From Candidatus Yonathbacteria bacterium RIFCSPHIGHO2_02_FULL_44_14 (GTDB lineage Bacteria; Patescibacteriota; Minisyncoccia; Phycocordibacterales; UBA1550): a stretch of DNA of 45,109 nt. Position numbers and translations under genes: made by a program. Positions 1-9,391 of the stretch are shown piece by piece. Position 1 is the first letter of the stretch. The number at the start of each line of letters is the position of its first letter. Location: NCBI GenBank assembly GCA_001823535.1, contig MHUT01000009.1:1-45109 (forward strand), in the 5' to 3' direction. The notes below the pieces were generated by a model, which saw nothing but the letters and a program-made list of their open reading frames with translations, made no database searches and was not told where the DNA came from.

Positions 1-126
1 CTTGTATTTCATACACTTGATATATTACCAAGTGTTGCACTTACTTGTTGAACCTACTACCCAACTTTTCCCCTTTTAATTCTTTATCATGTCGAGTCTA
101 GGCAGAAAAGTTAGGCAGGTGAATAT

Positions 127-810
127 TCAGGCCTTATTCTGCTTACTTTTTCTCCATTCCTCTATTTTTTTGTGGTCGCCACCAAGGAGGACTTTGGGGA
201 CGCGGTATTTTTTGCCTTTCCATTCTAGGACTTCGGGGCGGGTGTACATCTCGGGCGATGCCGTAGCGCCAGTCTTCAAGTAGCGTTCTTCCTCAAGCGA
301 CTCATGTCGTCCAAGCACGCCTTCAATCTGTCTTGCGCATGCGTCTACGACGACCATTGCTGGCACTTCCCCACCCGTGAGTACAAACGGTCCCACGGAA
401 ACCTCCTCTGCCTTAAAAATTTTCTTTACGCGCGCATCAATGCCTTCATAGCGGCCGGAGATGAGCACAATGTCGGTGTATTTGGTTACAAGTGCTTTTG
501 CATACACATTGGTAAACTGCTTGCCTCCTGGCGCGAACAAAATTACTTTGGTCTTTGTAGCTTTCTTCTTTGCGATGCTTTTTGCAATCTTTTCAAGAGT
601 GCGGAGAAGTGGCTCAGCGGTCATTACCATTCCTGGACCTCCTGCATATGGGCGGTCATCTACTTTGCCCCACTTGTTGCCAGAAAGTTCGCGTGGGTCA
701 TAATATGCAACAGAAATATGCTTTGCTTCCTGAGCACGACCAAGAATCGATGCATCTATATAGGGGCGCACGGCTTCGGGGAAGATGGTAACGATGTGAA
801 AACGAATCAT
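127..810 (-). CDS. trmD: tRNA (guanine-37-N1)-methyltransferase TrmD
   Basis: MIRFHIVTIFPE start, VDDRPYAGGPGMVM, SGRYEGIDARV and FVLTGGEVPAMV motifs. Start moved to the ATG at 810. Confidence 0.97.
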   Translation of the reverse strand: MIRFHIVTIFPEAVRPYIDASILGRAQEAKHISVAYYDPRELSGNKWGKVDDRPYAGGPGMVMTAEPLLRTLEKIAKSIAKKKATKTKVILFAPGGKQFTNVYAKALVTKYTDIVLISGRYEGIDARVKKIFKAEEVSVGPFVLTGGEVPAMVVVDACARQIEGVLGRHESLEEERYLKTGATASPEMYTRPEVLEWKGKKYRVPKVLLGGDHKKIEEWRKSKQNKA

Positions 811-914
811 GGGGGTAATTAATAGTTGAATATCAAAATAATTAATAGTAGATGCGTTAACCAAGAGTACCTGCACCTCTATTGAATATTAATTATTTAC
901 TATTTATTGGGCGA

Positions 915-1229
915 CTAGTTCTTCAAATCCTCTATCACCTCATCAACAGTCTTCGAGATGCTTAGGCTCTTTCCACCTGCTGGTTCGCTGATCTTCAAAT
1001 TTACGCGCGCATTGTTTTTCATTCCCACTACGCGGAGAAGTGTGCGGATCGCTTTTGCAGTGTTTCCATCGCGCCCAATAATCTTGCCCATATCGCCAGG
1101 GTTTACATCAAGGGTGATGAGTACTCCCATCTCGTCCACCACGCGAGTTACTTTTACATCACTGGGATGTTCTACGAGTGCTTTTACTACGTATTCAAGA
1201 AATGTTACATCTGGTTCCTGTGTTGTCAT
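915..1229 (-). CDS. khpA: KH-domain RNA-binding protein KhpA/YlqC
   Basis: DMGKIIGRDGNTAKAIRTLL (GxxG KH loop), about 100 aa, directly upstream of trmD. Confidence 0.9.
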   Translation of the reverse strand: MTTQEPDVTFLEYVVKALVEHPSDVKVTRVVDEMGVLITLDVNPGDMGKIIGRDGNTAKAIRTLLRVVGMKNNARVNLKISEPAGGKSLSISKTVDEVIEDLKN

Positions 1230-1324
1230 ATGATCGTATTATCTGTCGTTAGCTACTAACATTTCAGCGCATAAGCTGATTTAAGATATGGTACTACAAA
1301 ATTGAGGCTTGAGCAAGAAATATT

Positions 1325-3100
1325 CTACTCGAGAATTCCCTTCACCCTTCTAATCCCAGATGACGACGCCTCCTCTTTTACAATTTTAAAAGTTCCAATA
1401 CTACCTGTCTCTTGTACATGTGGACCACCGCAAAGCTCTGCGGAGTATTGAGTGCCATCTTCCGCAACAATAGAATACACATTCACAATATCTGGATACT
1501 TCTCCCAAAAACTTCCTTCAACGCCTTTTGCTTTTGCTTCTTCTTTTTTCATTTGCTCTATTTTCACAGTGCATCCTTTTGAAATCGCTTCATTCACATA
1601 CGCTTCCACCTTATCGAGAACATCACGCTCAACTTTCTGAGGATACGTAAAATCAAAACGAGTTCTTTCCTCGGTAATATTTGAACCAGCCTGATGTACG
1701 CCGTCGCCCAAGTATTTGCGAAGCCCTGCGAGCATGAGGTGCGTCGCTGTGTGAAGTGCGGTGGTCTTTTCCCCGCCGTCGGCAAGCCCACCTTTGAACT
1801 TCTGCTCTGCTCCCGCGCGAGAAAGCGCTTGATGTTTTTTGAATTCAATATCAAAGGCCACGCGGTCTACCGAGACACCTTGCTCTCCTGCAAGCTCCTC
1901 CGTCATCTCAACAGGGAAACCATATGTTGAAAAGAGTTTAAATGCATCTTCTCCGGAAATTGCCTTACTACCAAAAAGATGGGTGAGTTCTTTGATTCCA
2001 CGTTCAAGTGTCTTCCTAAATTTGTCCTCCTCTTCCCAAATTTCCTTCACAATAACGTCTGTTTGTAGAGCAACATTATCGTACACTCCTTTGTATTTCT
2101 CAGCTACAATAGGCACGAGGTCTGAAAGCATGTTGTGCCCAATACCAAGCACATCCGCATACCGCACCGCACGGCGAAGAAGCCGGCGCAAAATATACCC
2201 TTGATCAGTATTTGAAGGATGCACGCCGTCTGCAATCATCATCACCGCGGTGCGCACGTGATCTGCAACAATACGAGCACTGCGAATGTTATTAATCTCT
2301 CCACCAGAAAGGTCCGCAATCTTTTGCATAATTGGAGCAAACAAATCCGTATCAAATACATTATCCTTCCCCTGTATCGCCATTACGACACGCTCAAGAC
2401 CAGAGCCCGTGTCCACATTTTTCGTAACAAGCTTGCCAATTACCTTGCCATCTTTTTTCTCATACTCCATAAATACATCATTCCATATTTCAACAACATC
2501 CTGGCGATCATCGGCCGCCATGTATTCATCTTTTGTCATATCACCCAACCCGCGTTCAGTGATATCATAAAACATTTCAGTATCAGGTCCACAAGGGCCA
2601 TTGTCGCCGGGACTCCACCAGTTGGATTTCGCCGACATGAAATAAACGCGGTTCTCCGGAATAAACTTTTTCCAGACCTCAAATGCTTCGTTATCACGCG
2701 GAGCATCGTCATTCCCCTCAAACACCGTTACATACAAACGAGCAGGATCAAGGCCGAGCCCTTCTTCTTTTGAAGTTAGAAATTCAAAGCTCCATTTGAT
2801 TGCGTCTTCTTTGAAATAGTCACCGAGGGACCAGTTACCGAGCATTTCAAAAAATGTGTCGTGGGTTTTGTCGCCCACTTCTTCGATATCCTGTGTGCGT
2901 ACACATTTCTGACTGTTCGCGAGACGCTTTCCGCTTGGATGCGGCGTACCCATAAGATACGGTGCGAGTGGCTGCATTCCCGCTGTATTAAAAAGCACCG
3001 AGGGATCATTCTCGGGTACAAGCGGAGAAGACGGGATTATTACGTGCCCGCGTCTTTCAAAAAAAGCGAGGAAACGTTGTCTGATTTCTCGAGAGTCCAT
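1325..3100 (-). CDS. alaS: Alanine-tRNA ligase, short form ending after the editing domain
   Basis: DPSVLFNTAGMQP, TFFEMLGNWS, VDTGSGLER; editing motifs HTATH and ELCGGPHV; ends GIRRVKGILE. Confidence 0.97.
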   Translation of the reverse strand: MDSREIRQRFLAFFERRGHVIIPSSPLVPENDPSVLFNTAGMQPLAPYLMGTPHPSGKRLANSQKCVRTQDIEEVGDKTHDTFFEMLGNWSLGDYFKEDAIKWSFEFLTSKEEGLGLDPARLYVTVFEGNDDAPRDNEAFEVWKKFIPENRVYFMSAKSNWWSPGDNGPCGPDTEMFYDITERGLGDMTKDEYMAADDRQDVVEIWNDVFMEYEKKDGKVIGKLVTKNVDTGSGLERVVMAIQGKDNVFDTDLFAPIMQKIADLSGGEINNIRSARIVADHVRTAVMMIADGVHPSNTDQGYILRRLLRRAVRYADVLGIGHNMLSDLVPIVAEKYKGVYDNVALQTDVIVKEIWEEEDKFRKTLERGIKELTHLFGSKAISGEDAFKLFSTYGFPVEMTEELAGEQGVSVDRVAFDIEFKKHQALSRAGAEQKFKGGLADGGEKTTALHTATHLMLAGLRKYLGDGVHQAGSNITEERTRFDFTYPQKVERDVLDKVEAYVNEAISKGCTVKIEQMKKEEAKAKGVEGSFWEKYPDIVNVYSIVAEDGTQYSAELCGGPHVQETGSIGTFKIVKEEASSSGIRRVKGILE

Positions 3101-3139
3101 GCTATATAGATACCATAAAAAGCTTCATCCCACAAAAAA

Positions 3140-3628
3140 TTATTCCTGTTCGTCGTCGGATAAATGTGCGAGTAGCTTTAATTTATTTTCAAAGTACCAA
3201 ATCGCAGTAAATACAAAAAGCGCAAAGATAGTAGTAAAGACTGCCAAAGCATAAAATCCGTACCCAATAGCAATACCAATGCCTGCGGCGACCCATATCC
3301 CAGCCGCGGTGGTGACCCCGCTTACTTTCGCGTCTTTAAAAAAAATGAGGCCGGCACCAATAAAACCAATTCCTTGAATAATCGCAGCGGTAATACGCGC
3401 CGAGGAATCAGTGAACACGCCCAGAACGCTGCCATACCCACCTGATGCGAGAATACCAATGATTACGAAAAGCGCTGATCCCATAGTGACGAGTCCGTAT
3501 GTTCGCATCCCAGCAGGCTTTCCCGCGATTGCACGCTCGATACCAAGGGACATGCCTAGAATAAGCGCAGTAAATAATTTAAGAATTATTTCCAAGTCCT
3601 GGTTAGTTAAAAGTGTTGTGATATCCAT
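3140..3628 (-). CDS. MgtC/SapB family membrane protein
   Basis: LGIER..KPAGMRTYGLV, RITAAIIQGIGFIGAG, GVTTAAGIWVAAGIG. Confidence 0.92.
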   Translation of the reverse strand: MDITTLLTNQDLEIILKLFTALILGMSLGIERAIAGKPAGMRTYGLVTMGSALFVIIGILASGGYGSVLGVFTDSSARITAAIIQGIGFIGAGLIFFKDAKVSGVTTAAGIWVAAGIGIAIGYGFYALAVFTTIFALFVFTAIWYFENKLKLLAHLSDDEQE

Positions 3629-3662
3629 AATTTACATTGTATCAAATGCTTTTTATTTTTAA

Positions 3663-3847
3663 CAGGACTCGTATGTTTGGATGCAATACGAGCACGTAAG
3701 TCAATTTACTAATTGAGCGACAAGGAGCAAAAATGCGAGCTGTACGTCGCGCTTCAATCGACACTGCGCGACTCGATTTTGCAAAATCGACAGTGAACGT
3801 TTTTGCAACGAAGTCAACGAGGTAGTGCGCCAAACACACGGGTCCTG
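3663..3847. repeat. Structured intergenic element, family A copy 1
   Basis: 3677-3721 (45 nt) is identical to 18613-18657. The element is closed by a terminal stem caggactcgtatgtttgg/ccaaacacacgggtcctg. Confidence 0.85.
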
Positions 3848-4702
3848 CTAAAACTCCTGACAAACCATATCTACCTCCTTCACGACATTTTTTATTTGCT
3901 CATCCGAAAAACCAATTGATTTTAGCGGAGTGGGGCTATTCTTGAGGTCACGACACATCACTATACCTTGCTGGAGAAGGTTATTTTTGTCACTCTGGCT
4001 CAAGGTTGAAAGAAAAGTGAGTGGATGCACCCCCGTCTCCAATATAAGATCTTGCAGGTTCCCTTGCTCGGGGTAATCCCAACCAATAATATTGAGCCCC
4101 GAGCAATTTGCGTACTGGATGGCATCAAGTGTAAGTTTTGTGTTTGTAATGAGCCAACCTTCGTGAATTTTTGGCACGCCAACTTCCTTGAGGTCATGTC
4201 CTTTCTCTAGATCAAGAAAACGTGCGTGTACATAAAGAGCGACCTTAACATCTGTCTTAATTCCCTGCTGATTGTGAAATTTACACTCTGCAAAAATATG
4301 ACGATCGCCTTTTTCCATGAGGATGTCAACTTCGTGCGCAACACAGAAACCGGGCAGGATCGCACCCGTCTGTGCGGTAAATCCTTTTCCGCGCAAAACT
4401 TCTGCTACAAATTTCTCAAAAGGAAACCCACTGGGACCAAGTTCCATTACAGCCTTCCTAAGCGAGTAGCGCACCGCAGCAGGGTACTTTTTTTTCTTGA
4501 GGATAGAGTACGCGTGTTTGTAAATCTGGGAGGTTTTCATTCCGTCATGAAGCTCGGGAATAATATGTTCTACAATCTTGTCAGTGGTCTCCTTATCCGC
4601 ACCGGAGCGTGTCAACGAACGGCGAAGCTTCTCCATAGAAAAGCGTTCACGTTCACCGGTAGATTTTATAACCCATGCAACTTCGTCGTGACCTTTTGCC
4701 AT
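3848..4702 (-). CDS. ATP-cone domain plus PD-(D/E)xK (Mrr-like) nuclease domain protein
   Basis: N-terminal VIKSTGERERFSMEKLRRSL (ATP-cone-like); HEVDIL..AECKFH nuclease motif. Confidence 0.8.
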   Translation of the reverse strand: MAKGHDEVAWVIKSTGERERFSMEKLRRSLTRSGADKETTDKIVEHIIPELHDGMKTSQIYKHAYSILKKKKYPAAVRYSLRKAVMELGPSGFPFEKFVAEVLRGKGFTAQTGAILPGFCVAHEVDILMEKGDRHIFAECKFHNQQGIKTDVKVALYVHARFLDLEKGHDLKEVGVPKIHEGWLITNTKLTLDAIQYANCSGLNIIGWDYPEQGNLQDLILETGVHPLTFLSTLSQSDKNNLLQQGIVMCRDLKNSPTPLKSIGFSDEQIKNVVKEVDMVCQEF

Positions 4703-4765
4703 ATTCCTTATATCATCGCATATTTAGGGGGAATGTGGAATATGGAATTTCTACATAGGGTAACC

Positions 4766-5857
4766 CTATGTAGTTTCGATTATTCCTCCGCCAAGGCATT
4801 CATTCCCATCATAGAGTACTACTGACTGCCCTGCATCAAATACTGCGGGTTTTTCAAGCCGAAGCGAGAGAGTATTGGTATTCAAAGCTGTAATTTTGCA
4901 CTTGTGTTGCTCGCCATGGTACCGTACTTGTGCTGTATAAGTTTTTTTGGTATCTGGGGGCACTCCGCCACAAAAACTTGCTTGGGATGCTCGTAGTTCC
5001 TGAGAGGCACATTCTAGGGCTGTTTTCTGCATATGCGCCACCGTGATCGTATTCGCGACAAGGTCCTTCTTAACAACATAAAACGGCGTATCATCTGCAC
5101 TTTTCTTCGTCACGGTAAAACCATGTCGTTCGCCTAGTGTATAAAAATATGCACCGGAGTGAGTACCGATTGCCTCTCCTTTTTCATTCAGCACGCTCCC
5201 CTCTTTCTCTTTTATAAAATGTGCAAGAAAATCTTTCATATCAAGTTTCCCCACAAAACAGAGACCCTGACTGTCATTCTTTTCCGCTACGGGAAGACCA
5301 AACTTTTGTGCAAGTGCGCGGACCTGTGACTTTTTGTAACCACCGATTGGGAAAAACGTTTTACTCAATTGCTCCTGCCCGAGTGTCCACAAAAAATATG
5401 ATTGATCTTTTGTGGCGTCTACCCCCGCAAGCATTTTGAACTTGTTTTCTTTTTTATCATGTACCACCTGCGCATAGTGCCCCGTCGCCACAAAATCAGC
5501 ACCTTCTTTCGTTGAGCGACGAAAAAATGCACCAAACTTTACCTCGCGGTTGCACATCACGTCGGGGTTCGGCGTGCGCCCAGCCTTGTACTCACGAATC
5601 ATGTAGTCCGCAACACCTTCTTTATATTCCCTTTCAAAATCCCAAGTAAGGAGTGTTATTCCAAGCGTCGCTGCCACACGCATCGCATCAAGACGTTCCT
5701 CGCGCCAAGTGCATGGCAAAAAATCCGGTTGCCATACTTTCATAAAAACACCGGTCACTTCATACCCTGCTTTCTGTAGAAGCGCTGCGGAAACCGACGA
5801 GTCCACTCCGCCAGACATTCCCACAAATACCTTTCCTTTCGATTTTTTCGCTACCAT
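4766..5857 (-). CDS. mnmA: tRNA 2-thiouridylase MnmA
   Basis: GMSGGVDSSV PP-loop, TPNPDVMCNREVKFG, KDQSYFL, SQGLCFVG. The ATG at 5857 is preferred as start. Confidence 0.97.
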   Translation of the reverse strand: MVAKKSKGKVFVGMSGGVDSSVSAALLQKAGYEVTGVFMKVWQPDFLPCTWREERLDAMRVAATLGITLLTWDFEREYKEGVADYMIREYKAGRTPNPDVMCNREVKFGAFFRRSTKEGADFVATGHYAQVVHDKKENKFKMLAGVDATKDQSYFLWTLGQEQLSKTFFPIGGYKKSQVRALAQKFGLPVAEKNDSQGLCFVGKLDMKDFLAHFIKEKEGSVLNEKGEAIGTHSGAYFYTLGERHGFTVTKKSADDTPFYVVKKDLVANTITVAHMQKTALECASQELRASQASFCGGVPPDTKKTYTAQVRYHGEQHKCKITALNTNTLSLRLEKPAVFDAGQSVVLYDGNECLGGGIIETT

Positions 5858-5882
5858 ACCCAAAAACTACCATATTGAGATG

Positions 5883-6905
5883 CTATCGCAAATATTTTTC
5901 TTTATTCGCTTTATGCTCCTCAAATGTTTTCGCATAGTGCATTACGGCGTCTTTATCGGAGAGATAATAAAGGTATGCTGACTCAATCGGATGGACAGCT
6001 GCGCGAATAGCCGCAATCCCAGGATTCCCGATGGGTCCAGAAGGCAAGCCTTTGTTACGATAGGTGTTGTATGCTGATTTTATTTGCAAATCCGCTGACG
6101 TGAGATCACTCGATTTTTTACCCAAAAGGTACATAAAGGTTGCATCAACCTGTAATGGCATTCCTTTTGAGATTCGCTTCCACAAAATCCCCGAAACGAT
6201 AGCTTTGTCCTCCTCTGTCGTTGCCTCTTTCTCAAGAATTGATGCCATAATGATGACGTCACGCTCTGTATGTCCCGACATCTCAATTTCACCTCTCCAG
6301 GGCGCTATTCTTTTATTAAAATTTGCAATCATTGTCTTCTCAACCTCTTCTGCTGTCACATTTTCTGAAAAGAAGTATGTATCTGGAAAAAGGAGCCCTT
6401 CCTGCGTATATGCATGCTCGAGGAAAAACGCGGAGTCGAATTTTTGAATGTTTTTTCCCAAGACCGCCGCAATTTCTTTATTAGACATCCCTTCGGGAAT
6501 GGTGACGCGCACCGCAGGAATTCCCGAGATTCCGTGTGCAATGCGCATCGCAATCGCGCATGCCGAGATCGGTTCTTTAAAAAGATACTGACCGGCGAAT
6601 ATGGGTTTTTTCCCGCCAACTATTTTGGCACAGAGTTCAAAAAGACTTTTTGAATGAACCATACTCTCTTTATCAAGAAGAGTGGATACTTCTGCGAGCG
6701 AGGCACCTTTTTTTATGGTGATCATTTTATCTTTCGGAAAACTAAATGGTGGCATTAAAAGATAAGATATTGTCGCACAAAAAAACACGACCGTAAGCAC
6801 AGAAAAAATGACGATTTTTGAACTTCGCTCTTCTATTCCGATTGATGTCAGGGATACTCGAAATCGACCAATTCCAATTTCTTCTTTTTCTTGTGATGGT
6901 TCCAT
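5883..6905 (-). CDS. mltG: Endolytic transglycosylase MltG (YceG-like)
   Basis: N-terminal TM helix, VTIPEG, EGLLFPDTY, MASILEKE, LQVDAT, YNTYRNKGLPSGPIGNPG. Confidence 0.95.
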   Translation of the reverse strand: MEPSQEKEEIGIGRFRVSLTSIGIEERSSKIVIFSVLTVVFFCATISYLLMPPFSFPKDKMITIKKGASLAEVSTLLDKESMVHSKSLFELCAKIVGGKKPIFAGQYLFKEPISACAIAMRIAHGISGIPAVRVTIPEGMSNKEIAAVLGKNIQKFDSAFFLEHAYTQEGLLFPDTYFFSENVTAEEVEKTMIANFNKRIAPWRGEIEMSGHTERDVIIMASILEKEATTEEDKAIVSGILWKRISKGMPLQVDATFMYLLGKKSSDLTSADLQIKSAYNTYRNKGLPSGPIGNPGIAAIRAAVHPIESAYLYYLSDKDAVMHYAKTFEEHKANKEKYLR

Positions 6906-6923
6906 AAGCTATTAATGGTAGTG

Positions 6924-8159
6924 TTAGATTGGCAAATTTACCGGAGCCTCTGATTTTCGTGAAGGAATACGACCAAATGTTGGCGTTTGAGCTACCCCTC
7001 CCGGGAAATGGTATATGGTTGCGAGCTCCTCCGTTGTAAGCACAAACGGCTTCAATTTGCGCGGGGAATGGAACCATGAACGTTGCTTGTACGCCTCAAA
7101 CATTTCCTTACGCTTCTTTGTCCATCGAATGTCATTGAAGTCCTGCCATGGGTAATCTTTGCCAAATGTATTCGCGGTCAATGTGAACCCGTTTAAACTG
7201 CTACTTGTAAACGGGCGCAGGAGTCCGCCAAGCGCTTTAATATTGCTTGGGTGAAACTGCTCTTTTTTTACAAGATACACAGCGCGAATACCGCAATCAA
7301 AACCAAACTTACCCATGCTTCGCTCGATAGCTTTGATTATGTCGCGGTCTCCTTCGGTCATCATCATCATTTTAAAAGATGGTGCACCCTCCGGGGTCTT
7401 TTCGTTGCGCTTGGTAAGTTTATCGATAATAGCCTTTCCTTCGTCTTGCCAATTACCCATAGTGCCATCTGATTTATGATAACGCTTGCTTGCTGCTTGC
7501 ACAATGATCTGCATCCATATCTGCTCGCCCTTGCCGATCGAACCCAAATACTCAATGATGGAAGTCAGTGGATCAATTTTAAATTCTTCCTTCGGATCTT
7601 TATCGAGACCGTAGTCAACATAGGTCTTGATTGGATAAGGATCTGGCTTGCTCAAACCATACTCCGCACCAATGAGTGACCAGTCACCCTCCTTGCCGCG
7701 GTAGTCCACATAGCGAACATAATCTGGAACTTCATAAATTTCAACATCAGGATACTGGCTGTATAGTTGTGCTTCGATGACATTTTTATAAATCCATGGA
7801 GTGCGAATGAAAAATTTGATATGCCCCTCAATGGAAACCATTTCAAGCGAGGACCAATCTTTTACTTTTCCTCTCCATATTTTATCGAACCAAGTGCCAG
7901 TGGCTGCTTGATAAAGAGCATTGAGCACAATCTCCATTGCAAGCGGTGATTTATAAGTTTCTTTAGGAAGTTTTATCTCGAGGAGTATCCAGTTGATTTT
8001 GGCCATATGTCGCCCTTGTACATAGTGCATCCACTGATGCCAAAACATATAGCCGAGGAGTATTGGTCCCCAATAAGGAAACCACGAAAAAACCACAGTA
8101 AGGGTTGATACGGTCTGCTGATAGAGCCCCAAGAAATCCAGGGTCTGAAATAAACTCAT
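6924..8159 (-). CDS. Conserved hypothetical membrane-anchored protein
   Basis: 411-aa ORF with an N-terminal TM segment, EIKLPKE..PLAMEIVL and C-terminal EELATIYHFP. Resembles (from recall) CPR proteins related to N-terminal regions of VirD4/TraG-like ATPases. Confidence 0.6.
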   Translation of the reverse strand: MSLFQTLDFLGLYQQTVSTLTVVFSWFPYWGPILLGYMFWHQWMHYVQGRHMAKINWILLEIKLPKETYKSPLAMEIVLNALYQAATGTWFDKIWRGKVKDWSSLEMVSIEGHIKFFIRTPWIYKNVIEAQLYSQYPDVEIYEVPDYVRYVDYRGKEGDWSLIGAEYGLSKPDPYPIKTYVDYGLDKDPKEEFKIDPLTSIIEYLGSIGKGEQIWMQIIVQAASKRYHKSDGTMGNWQDEGKAIIDKLTKRNEKTPEGAPSFKMMMMTEGDRDIIKAIERSMGKFGFDCGIRAVYLVKKEQFHPSNIKALGGLLRPFTSSSLNGFTLTANTFGKDYPWQDFNDIRWTKKRKEMFEAYKQRSWFHSPRKLKPFVLTTEELATIYHFPGGVAQTPTFGRIPSRKSEAPVNLPI

Positions 8160-8177
8160 ACTTCATATCATACAGCA

Positions 8178-8237
8178 AAAAACATGAACGCAAAAGGGCG
8201 GGACTATTTAGTCCCGCCCTTTTGCGTTCATGTTTTT
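8178..8237. terminator. Long perfect hairpin/intrinsic terminator (28-bp stem)
   Basis: aaaaacatgaacgcaaaagggcgggact-attt-agtcccgcccttttgcgttcatgttttt, overlapping the stop of the upstream gene. Confidence 0.8.
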
Positions 8238-9264
8238 ATGCCAACGCGTATTTTCCTTCCTTTGTCCTTTTGAACATTTTTGTATCCTGAAGATTCACAA
8301 ATACCGTATTCTCTTTTACGTACCTTTCCTTGAGCACGCGGTCAATAATATCTTTTTTTGTAAGAGCTCCCTCCTTCTTGAGGACCTTTGCGATGACATC
8401 TTTTACAACTCCTTTTTCATAGCCCCATGACGAGAGAGCATAGAGTCCGCGACCAACGAGCACGAAGCGTTCATCCTTGATAAGTTCATTGTGGCAAGTC
8501 GCAATGTGAGCTTTTTTGCCAAAGATCTGTGTAATCGATTTTGCCACCTCAGTAAAGTGCATCGGCGAGCCATGTTTGCGGATAATAAGATATGCATAGT
8601 CGCGCATACCGCGTGCGTTTACGTTGTGTGACTCCGCGACGCCCCATTCACCAAGTGGATTTTTTGCGATAGTTTTTGAGAGCGCAAGCCAACGCTTGGT
8701 GATCTCTTCATTTTTGTATTCCTCAGAAACATCCTTGAGGTGATTTAAGAAAGAGGCAACGATCTCGCTCTCGGGGATCAAGTCCTCATGAGAAAGTGTT
8801 TTGTAAAGTTCGCGAATCGCATCGTGAACTTTCATTGAGACTTTGTCGTCTACTATCCAGCGGTGACGGAAGTGTTCGTCTTCCTTTTCACGTTTAAACT
8901 GGTCACCGAGCACAAGGAGAAAAAAGAGGTGATTCTGCGTGCTTTCGTCCTTGGAAACGTGCATCAAAAAATCTTCTTCGCATACGACGCCACCCATCGA
9001 AACAACGAGTTTATTTAGCTCTTCGAATACTGCTCCTTCTTTTTTAAATGCGTCAGCTTTTTTGATAGCTCCCAACGCAAAATTCTCAATCTGGCGCACA
9101 CGCTCGCGTGTGATGCCGTAAGTCTTGCCGATACCCTCGAGTGTCATTCGGTCGACGCTTTCACCCAAACCATAGCGCTTGGTCATAACATCGAGTGCGC
9201 GTGGAGAAAGTGGAGAAAGGAGGCGCTTTACGACCTGTTTTGGTTTAAATGTGATGGCGGGCAT
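8236..9264 (-). CDS. Sigma70 region-4-like HTH plus HARE-HTH (RNAP delta-like) DNA-binding protein
   Basis: RYGL..MTLEGIGKTYGITRERVRQIE (sigma r4); GSPMHFTEVA..HNELIKDERFVLVGRGLYAL (HARE-HTH-like). Confidence 0.75.
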   Translation of the reverse strand: MPAITFKPKQVVKRLLSPLSPRALDVMTKRYGLGESVDRMTLEGIGKTYGITRERVRQIENFALGAIKKADAFKKEGAVFEELNKLVVSMGGVVCEEDFLMHVSKDESTQNHLFFLLVLGDQFKREKEDEHFRHRWIVDDKVSMKVHDAIRELYKTLSHEDLIPESEIVASFLNHLKDVSEEYKNEEITKRWLALSKTIAKNPLGEWGVAESHNVNARGMRDYAYLIIRKHGSPMHFTEVAKSITQIFGKKAHIATCHNELIKDERFVLVGRGLYALSSWGYEKGVVKDVIAKVLKKEGALTKKDIIDRVLKERYVKENTVFVNLQDTKMFKRTKEGKYALA

Positions 9265-9391
9265 ATATAATAACTATTAAAACACGGTATTAATTGACTA
9301 TTTTTTCCACGAAGTAAATACTTTTTAGCATTAAACGGATGGGAAGTCAAGGTTTTTCTTCTAAACCAGAATATACCCTTATATTGCAAGG

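Noticed and set aside
13-35. acacttg-N9-caagtgt inverted repeat and a possible minus-strand ATG at 12
   Set aside because: It could be an operator for a gene off the window edge, but 7-bp arms and four codons are too little evidence.
127-129. UGA recoding (code 25) as in some CPR lineages
   Set aside because: trmD and three other ORFs end in TGA at sensible C-termini, and the long genes translate without internal TGA.
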